Below are positions 58,561-64,000 of a DNA stretch of 64,000 nt, piece by piece (within the stretch, counting starts at the first letter, position 1; each line of letters opens with the position of its first letter). The position numbers were made by a program, and so were the translations under genes. The notes beneath the pieces were generated by a model. The model did no database searches. It was not told the origin of the DNA and worked only from the letters and a program-made list of their open reading frames with translations. This DNA is from a virus (lineage: Duplodnaviria > Caudoviricetes). The stretch lies in the IMG/VR virus record IMGVR_UViG_3300048016_000072, positions 3,256 to 67,255 of that record; one strand, 5' to 3'.

Positions 58561-59145
58561 CTAGTCATGAACATATCCTGATGACAAAACTTGACCATCT
58601 GTGTCACGAAGACTCTCGATAGTAGAAGCTAGTTCAGATACTCCATCTTTCATTATAAAGTAGGTTGAGTTTTTCATATAAGTATGTCCATTTGCACTAC
58701 TCTTAAACGTATTTGCATACATCTCAGTAGCATCAAGCACTTCTTCCCAGGTATAATCAGGATACTTTTTAAAGAAGTCATTAAAACGTTTCTTTAAATC
58801 AGTTGGGCTAGTACGTAGTACTCTTCCTGATACTGCACCTTTTGGGAAATAGTCTCGATAATCAAGTAACAGGTCATCTACCTGCGGGTGTTTCATCTGG
58901 CTTGTTATAACGACTTTCTTCTTTGGCTCAATCTGAGCATAGAACTCATCTATTATTTTTATACCAGACGGGGTAATAGCTCCTTTATCTGTCATGAATC
59001 CTTTCAGTATTAACGCTTTGTCAATATTAGGGCTATCAATAAGATCAGGGGGAGGTATAATACCCTTGTGTCTAAAATCTAAGTAAACAAACTGATTCAG
59101 TGTTAGACGGTTAAGAATCAGTGGTGTCCAGAGGTTTATAATCAT
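58561..59145 (-). CDS. Hypothetical replication protein (possible initiator/loader)
   Basis: First gene of the replication operon, winged-helix-like N-terminus, FP..GRVLR..YMKNSTYFI. Confidence 0.6.
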   Translation of the reverse strand: MIINLWTPLILNRLTLNQFVYLDFRHKGIIPPPDLIDSPNIDKALILKGFMTDKGAITPSGIKIIDEFYAQIEPKKKVVITSQMKHPQVDDLLLDYRDYFPKGAVSGRVLRTSPTDLKKRFNDFFKKYPDYTWEEVLDATEMYANTFKSSANGHTYMKNSTYFIMKDGVSELASTIESLRDTDGQVLSSGYVHD

Positions 59146-59181
59146 AGGCTACTTTTGTTTAGGTTATTTGTACAATATTTA

Positions 59182-59197
59182 ATATATTATTATGTAG
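59182..59197 (+). promoter_or_regulatory. Putative late-promoter motif
   Basis: CAATATTTA-ATATATTAT-TAT-GTAG upstream of the + strand block. Confidence 0.5.
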
Positions 59198-59216
59198 AGA
59201 TTCTCTAAAGGGGATG

Positions 59217-59247
59217 CAAAGATAATGCTTTGATTCATATCTCCAAA
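59217..59247 (-). promoter_or_regulatory. Consensus Bacteroidota sigma70 promoter for the replication operon
   Basis: TTTG-N19-TATCTTTG(CA) matches the -33/-7 consensus TTTG/TAnnTTTG. Confidence 0.8.
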
Positions 59248-59281
59248 CTACTGCTTAACGCTATTAAAAACTTTATATAAT

Positions 59282-59599
59282 ATGGCAACATTAAAATACT
59301 ATGCTCAGAAAGATGCTTTAGGGTTTCCAATCCCTGGTACTATGATGGGTACTACTGGTAAAGTTCCAGCTAATACTCTAGAAATATCTAGTGCTACAGT
59401 TTTACCAACTCATCCTGATGGTTTAAAGTACGTTGTTCGTACAAACAAAAAAGGTGCTATTATACCTAATTCATTAGTAGCTGTACTTACGGTACCAAAA
59501 GGTAACATCTTAGACGTTACAGCAGCAGGAGCAGAGTCTTTATTAACAGAAGATAACTTTAGTCTAGTTGCAGAAAACGAAGACTTAATCACACTATAA
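59282..59599 (+). CDS. Hypothetical structural protein
   Basis: 105 aa with two ..G..IP.. repeats and an LLTED..LVAE tail. Confidence 0.7.
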   Translation: MATLKYYAQKDALGFPIPGTMMGTTGKVPANTLEISSATVLPTHPDGLKYVVRTNKKGAIIPNSLVAVLTVPKGNILDVTAAGAESLLTEDNFSLVAENEDLITL

Positions 59600-59618
59600 C
59601 ATTTAACATATATTAAAC

Positions 59619-60737
59619 ATGGCAAATAAAAAGATTAGTCAATTAGCTTCAGCATCTGCCCTAGCAGGTACAGAAGTATTACCAATAGTACAAAGTGGTA
59701 CTACAAAAAAAGTAACAGCTCAAGCTATTGCAGATTTAGCATCAGGCGGAGGTTCAGCTCCATCATTTGGAGTAACTGCGAATGGTATATTAGGAAGTGA
59801 TATTACTGCAACTTATGTACAAAAAGCTTCTGTACCTAAGACTGTTAACGGTGTTTATACTACAGAAGTTGGTAACTATGCATCATTTAGTTTTAATGCT
59901 GCTGGTTCAAATGGCTACGGTGGATATGGTGGTAGTAGCGTTAGTACTACCGCAACAAATATAGCTTTTTATACACGTTATATTGGTGATCTTTACATTA
60001 CTGGATCAACTGTGGTTACTACTTTTTCTTTTCCTGATACTATTGCTCAAGATAGTCCAATGAGTGGTATTAATTTTTCAGGTGCAGCATTAACAACTGT
60101 TAACTTTCCACTACTACAAGTATGTAAAGGTATTTCGATAAATAACAATAGTCCTGCATTAACAACTTTAAACTTTTCATCATTAACGGATCTTTCTTCT
60201 TATGGTCAGATACAAATTAATGGTGTAACAGCTATAGCTGAGATTGGGCCATCAAACTTTCCGCTATTAAAACAAGCTGCTCTTTCTATTTACGAACCTG
60301 GTTTTTTACAAGTAATTAATCTACCATCAGCTATTCTTTGGAAATCAGTGTATCATGTAAGTAGTGGAATGGGTTCTGGAGCATCGGTATTAAATACGTT
60401 ACGTGTCCCAGCTATAATTAATTATGAGAGTGCTTATGTATCTTATAATGGACATTCTCAGTTAGCTAATGTGGTTTTAGGTACTATTGGTACACTAAAA
60501 ACATTAGGTCTTTCTTGGGGTCCTGCAAATATTAACTTCCAAGATTGTGCTTTAACACAATCTTCAGTTGATGGCATTTTAACTTTACTAGCTAGTTTAG
60601 ATGGTACAAATGGTACTGATCCATCTAACAATGGTACAATTAATTTAACAGGTGGTACAAATGCAGCTCCTTCATCCACTGGTTTAGCAGCAAAAGCTAT
60701 ACTATTAGGTAGAGGGTTTACAATTAGCCATAACTAG
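59619..60737 (+). CDS. Fibre/receptor-binding protein with LRR-like repeats
   Basis: KKISQL..GTEVLPIVQSGTTKK anchor, repeated ..FP.L.. units and C-terminal LTQSSVDGIL..RGFTI. Confidence 0.7.
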   Translation: MANKKISQLASASALAGTEVLPIVQSGTTKKVTAQAIADLASGGGSAPSFGVTANGILGSDITATYVQKASVPKTVNGVYTTEVGNYASFSFNAAGSNGYGGYGGSSVSTTATNIAFYTRYIGDLYITGSTVVTTFSFPDTIAQDSPMSGINFSGAALTTVNFPLLQVCKGISINNNSPALTTLNFSSLTDLSSYGQIQINGVTAIAEIGPSNFPLLKQAALSIYEPGFLQVINLPSAILWKSVYHVSSGMGSGASVLNTLRVPAIINYESAYVSYNGHSQLANVVLGTIGTLKTLGLSWGPANINFQDCALTQSSVDGILTLLASLDGTNGTDPSNNGTINLTGGTNAAPSSTGLAAKAILLGRGFTISHN

Positions 60738-60765
60738 TTTTAACTAACATATAAAAGATATAACA

Positions 60766-60996
60766 ATGTATATTCAAGCAGATAATAATGGAATCAAAAC
60801 TGTATCGGCTACTCAAAGCTGGAGATTGATTCATAATAGTGGTAAGGTTATTGATTTAATCGAAGCAGCATATCAAAGTGAAACAGGTGGTTCAACAGAA
60901 GTATTTGTTGCTGCTACAAAAGCTGAATGCGAAGCTGAGATTACTCGCTTAGATTTAGAGTTACCAAAGCATTTACAGCCTTCAGAAGAAGCATAA
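60766..60996 (+). CDS. Small fibre-associated protein
   Basis: 76-aa ORF following the fibre gene. Confidence 0.65.
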   Translation: MYIQADNNGIKTVSATQSWRLIHNSGKVIDLIEAAYQSETGGSTEVFVAATKAECEAEITRLDLELPKHLQPSEEA

Positions 60997-61001
60997 GCTT
61001 A

Positions 61002-61652
61002 ATGGATTATAACAGGTCTCGTTGTTACGGTAGTATTAGAAGTATACCTTTAGTTTTTGAAGATTTAACTACTTCTGATACAATAAAAATCGTAACAACG
61101 GAACTTGAATCAGACTGTTATGGCTTAGAGCAAATAAAGCTTTTACCAACAGATACTGTAATAGATATAGGAGGCAACATAGGTATGTTTTCTATATATG
61201 TTAAAAAGAAGTTTGGATGCAAAGTTATAGCTTTTGAACCAGTACAAATAAACTATGAGCAGTTTAAGAAAAACATTCTCTTAAACGGTTTATCATTATC
61301 AGATATAGAGCTGCATAATGTAGCAATTACTGATAAAGAAGGAGATAAGATAAAGATCAGTACTCCAGTATTTAATACAGGTGCATCTTCAGAGTATACA
61401 AAAGGAGGTGTTATATCATATTGTATAACTGAAACCATTAATAAGTATATTACTACTGACTGTAAGTATTTAAAAGTAGATTGTGAAGGAGCTGAGTATA
61501 AAATAATACCTAGTATAATACATAAGATTAATCAGTTTAAGTACATTGGTATTGAATATCATAAACTAACTGAAACTCAAGATCCAAAATCTTTACATAG
61601 CTTGTTAACAAGTGAGTTTAAAGGACGTATCTTTCAGAATACTTCACCATGA
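61002..61652 (+). CDS. FkbM-family SAM methyltransferase
   Basis: IDIGGNIG, AFEP, LKVDCEGAE, IEYH. Confidence 0.9.
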   Translation: MDYNRSRCYGSIRSIPLVFEDLTTSDTIKIVTTELESDCYGLEQIKLLPTDTVIDIGGNIGMFSIYVKKKFGCKVIAFEPVQINYEQFKKNILLNGLSLSDIELHNVAITDKEGDKIKISTPVFNTGASSEYTKGGVISYCITETINKYITTDCKYLKVDCEGAEYKIIPSIIHKINQFKYIGIEYHKLTETQDPKSLHSLLTSEFKGRIFQNTSP

Positions 61653-62185
61653 ATAACATAATACATCAGATTTGGGTAGGTCCCAATGTGATGCAAGTGA
61701 GAGAAAGACGGTGTTGTAGATTAGTCAAAAGCATGAATCCTACATGGGAATACATGTTTTGGAAAGATGATAATCTACCTGAGATGCCCAAAGAGATGCA
61801 AGAAATATTTGATTACTTTGGACAAACTAAACACTACGCTTTTCAAGCAGATGTACTTAGAATGTTTTTGTTAAAAGAATACGGTGGTTTGTATATTGAT
61901 GTTGATTTTGAACCAGTTAATTCATTTGATGCACTAAGAGAGTTAGACAACATATTTTTAACTTGGGGACCAGAACAAAAACGTATAATGAATGGTGTAA
62001 TAGGTGCTGATAAAGGTCATCCAGTTATAGAAGATCTTTGCAGTATGGTTAATATCAAGACAAAGTTTTATGGACCTGATTGGTTTGGAAGTAAGTTAGC
62101 TTCTCATGATATTAATACGATGATCTTTACTGACTTTTTAAAGCAGTATGCTTTTCATCACCACCTTAATTCTTGGTCGTCATAA
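61649..62185 (+). CDS. GT32 (DXD) glycosyltransferase
   Basis: IIHQIWVG, ADVLR..YGGLYIDVD, GHP, GP, H...SW. Confidence 0.9.
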   Translation: MNNIIHQIWVGPNVMQVRERRCCRLVKSMNPTWEYMFWKDDNLPEMPKEMQEIFDYFGQTKHYAFQADVLRMFLLKEYGGLYIDVDFEPVNSFDALRELDNIFLTWGPEQKRIMNGVIGADKGHPVIEDLCSMVNIKTKFYGPDWFGSKLASHDINTMIFTDFLKQYAFHHHLNSWSS

Positions 62186-62231
62186 TGATATAACGATTAT
62201 AAAAGCAGGATTTGCTAAACTATTTTAAACA

Positions 62232-62546
62232 ATGACCAGAGAGAACCCAACCATCTCAGCATTCAAAGCGTGGATATTTCCCAGTCTAGTATCTCTTTTA
62301 GGGATTATGATCTGGCAAGATGTCAACGAAGTTAAACAGGATGTAAAACTATTAATGGCGCAAAGTAACGTCGATAAAACTAGGATTGACAATCTGGAAC
62401 GCGCTGTATATAGTAAACTGGCATTACAAACACCTAACCCACCAAATAAGCTACCTTCTCAAGTATTTTATCATGAGATGGTAGCTATAAAACCTAACCA
62501 AGATGAAGAAGACAACCGAATCAACAAGCTTTTGGACGATATTTAA
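62232..62546 (+). CDS. Single-TM coiled-coil protein (holin/antiholin-like)
   Basis: WIFPSLVSLLGIMIW TM segment then a coiled coil, at the start of the lysis cassette. Confidence 0.55.
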   Translation: MTRENPTISAFKAWIFPSLVSLLGIMIWQDVNEVKQDVKLLMAQSNVDKTRIDNLERAVYSKLALQTPNPPNKLPSQVFYHEMVAIKPNQDEEDNRINKLLDDI

Positions 62547-62790
62547 AGACAACAACGACTGGAATGAAAAGTCAGTAGTTGGTTTTATGTCTTTTGCTGT
62601 AATGGTACTAGCAATGACTGTAGACTTAGTTACAGGATATCTAGGACAAGAGTTAGTTATAAACGACTACATCTTTAATGCTTTTGCTATTATTACATTA
62701 GGTTCTTTTGGTATCTCTGGTGCTGAAAACATCATGGGTAAGAAGACAAAAGACTCAAACAAAGAGGAAGATGTTCACATGGAAGGATAA
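62503..62790 (+). CDS. Putative holin (2 TM)
   Basis: Two hydrophobic helices and a charged C-terminal tail. Confidence 0.65.
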   Translation: MKKTTESTSFWTIFKDNNDWNEKSVVGFMSFAVMVLAMTVDLVTGYLGQELVINDYIFNAFAIITLGSFGISGAENIMGKKTKDSNKEEDVHMEG

Positions 62791-62792
62791 TA

Positions 62793-63410
62793 ATGAAGAA
62801 TATAGTTATCGTCGCTATTATTATTATAGCGTTTTTTGTAGTTCTGACCCAGCGAGGATGTATAGGTCACTCAAATAGTAGACAACCTGATACTCTTATT
62901 GTTACTGACACGTTCTGGACAAAGCACGATAGTCTTATTGTGAAACCAGTCCCTGTTCCATATGAGGTTCCAGTACCTTTTGAGGTATTAAGCACTGAGT
63001 ATAAAGCTGATACAGCTTATCCTAAACTAAAGCAGCAGTACGAAGACTTAGCTAAACGCTTTGCTTCAAGAAAGATTTATACAGACAGCGTTCATGTTGG
63101 TCAGTATGGTCATATACGTATAGTTGATACTGTTACTGAAAACAAGATTGTTGGACGTAGCTTTAGAGAAAACTATAAGATTCCTGTTGTAAAAGAAACT
63201 AAAACGATTACTAAATACGATGATCCTAAACGACAAGTCTATGTTGGTGGTGGCCTTAACCTTACTAGCGGGGGTAACGTCCGAAGTGCTGAAGGCGGTA
63301 TACTATACAAGACGAAGAAGGATCAAATATATGGTGCGAAAGTTAACATTGCCACGGACGGTACAACGTCTTTTGGCATACAGACGTACTTCAAGATCGG
63401 AAAGAATTAA
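62793..63410 (+). CDS. Putative spanin-like protein (Bacteroidota phage type)
   Basis: N-terminal TM/lipobox-like (RGC), DT-rich linker and C-terminal amphipathic beta strands. Confidence 0.55.
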   Translation: MKNIVIVAIIIIAFFVVLTQRGCIGHSNSRQPDTLIVTDTFWTKHDSLIVKPVPVPYEVPVPFEVLSTEYKADTAYPKLKQQYEDLAKRFASRKIYTDSVHVGQYGHIRIVDTVTENKIVGRSFRENYKIPVVKETKTITKYDDPKRQVYVGGGLNLTSGGNVRSAEGGILYKTKKDQIYGAKVNIATDGTTSFGIQTYFKIGKN

Positions 63411-63426
63411 CCTAAACAAATAAACC

Positions 63427-63615
63427 ATGAGTATTTTATCATTCATTAAGGGACTATTCACAAGTCCAAAGAAGACTATCTTAGAAGAAGTCCAACCTAT
63501 TGTAGAAGCTGTAAAAGAAGAGATCGTTGAGATATCTGATTCAGTTGCTGAGCAGATTGCTGAAGAAGCAGTAGCTAAGCCAAAGAGACGCTACTACAAG
63601 CGTAAGAAGAAGTAA
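63427..63615 (+). CDS. Small hypothetical protein with basic tail
   Basis: 62 aa, amphipathic N-terminus, acidic middle and KPKRRYYKRKKK tail. Confidence 0.65.
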   Translation: MSILSFIKGLFTSPKKTILEEVQPIVEAVKEEIVEISDSVAEQIAEEAVAKPKRRYYKRKKK

Positions 63616-63638
63616 AAATCACCTAACCACTATATAAT

Positions 63639-64000
63639 ATGTTATTAAGACTAGGATCTGAGGGAGAAGATGTAAAGAAGCTCCAGCAGTTTTTAGGTGT
63701 TGATGTTGTTGGTAAGTTTGGACCAAAGACAGATGCTGCTGTAAAAGCATGGCAATCTGCACACGGTCTTACTGCTGACGGTATTGTTGGTGATGGTACT
63801 TGGGCTAAGATGTTTCCATCTCAAACACAAGCACCTGTCACCCAAGTTACAACACCCCCTGCTGTAACTTCCAGCTTCAAACTAGATCGATTAAAAGGAC
63901 ATGTACCTGCTGCTGTTATTGCAGCTATTCCAGATACAGCTCGTTTATTTAATATTACTACACCATTACGCCTAGCTCATTTCTTAGCTCAGTGTGGTCA
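63639..64000 (+). CDS. Endolysin: peptidoglycan-binding domain plus GH19-like catalytic domain (3'-truncated, not in ORF track)
   Basis: MLLRLGSEGEDVKKLQ..FGPKTDAAVKAWQ..ADGIVGDGTW followed by ITTPLRLAHFLAQCG(H). Confidence 0.9.
   Translation, partial: MLLRLGSEGEDVKKLQQFLGVDVVGKFGPKTDAAVKAWQSAHGLTADGIVGDGTWAKMFPSQTQAPVTQVTTPPAVTSSFKLDRLKGHVPAAVIAAIPDTARLFNITTPLRLAHFLAQCG

Noticed and set aside
1171-61438. Many short opposite-strand or alternate-frame ORFs in the track (e.g. 2182..2526, 19607..19999, 55410..55607)
   Set aside because: They are shadows of long, well-supported genes and show no motifs or leaders
63220-63423. Embedded o-spanin in an alternate frame
   Set aside because: No lipobox cysteine, so it is probably a shadow ORF
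1-64000. Stop-codon reassignment (TAG/TGA), known in some Crassvirales
   Set aside because: Giant ORFs are uninterrupted in code 11 and TAG/TGA end genes at sensible boundaries

Overview
This AT-rich window comes from a crAss-like (Crassvirales-related) podophage of a Bacteroidota host. It reads in the standard genetic code and shows no tRNA, CRISPR array or integrase. 1-10.2 kb (+) encodes tail-fibre and Cys-rich/Ig-like structural proteins. 10.4-18.5 kb (+) encodes a metallophosphoesterase, an IHF-like protein, two tail ring proteins and the muzzle/tail-stabilisation protein. 18.5-46.7 kb (+) encodes six large virion cargo proteins, including a 2829-aa virion RNA polymerase (GSDFDVDK) with a C-terminal zincin. 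46.8-59.1 kb (-) is a replication/nucleotide block (PolB, primase, DnaB, Sak4-like ATPase, SSB, PD-(D/E)XK, GIY-YIG, dUTPase, dNMP kinase) behind Bacteroidota-type promoters. 59.3-64 kb (+) holds a fibre protein, FkbM and GT32 genes and the lysis cassette. The most unusual signals are: (i) two cargo proteins built as strings of cassettes separated by a Phi-x-x-G-G motif, carrying NCLDV-like, amidase-like, SLT and toxin-like modules; (ii) terminator-proximal 3'-UTR segments that are complementary to translation-initiation regions of genes on the opposite strand, including a 15/15 match between the ssb 3'-UTR and the endolysin leader; (iii) Cys-x-stop/Met-Ala-Cys junctions between the ejected giant proteins; (iv) a recurrent late-promoter-like motif. 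All family names come from motif recognition by eye, not from database searches.
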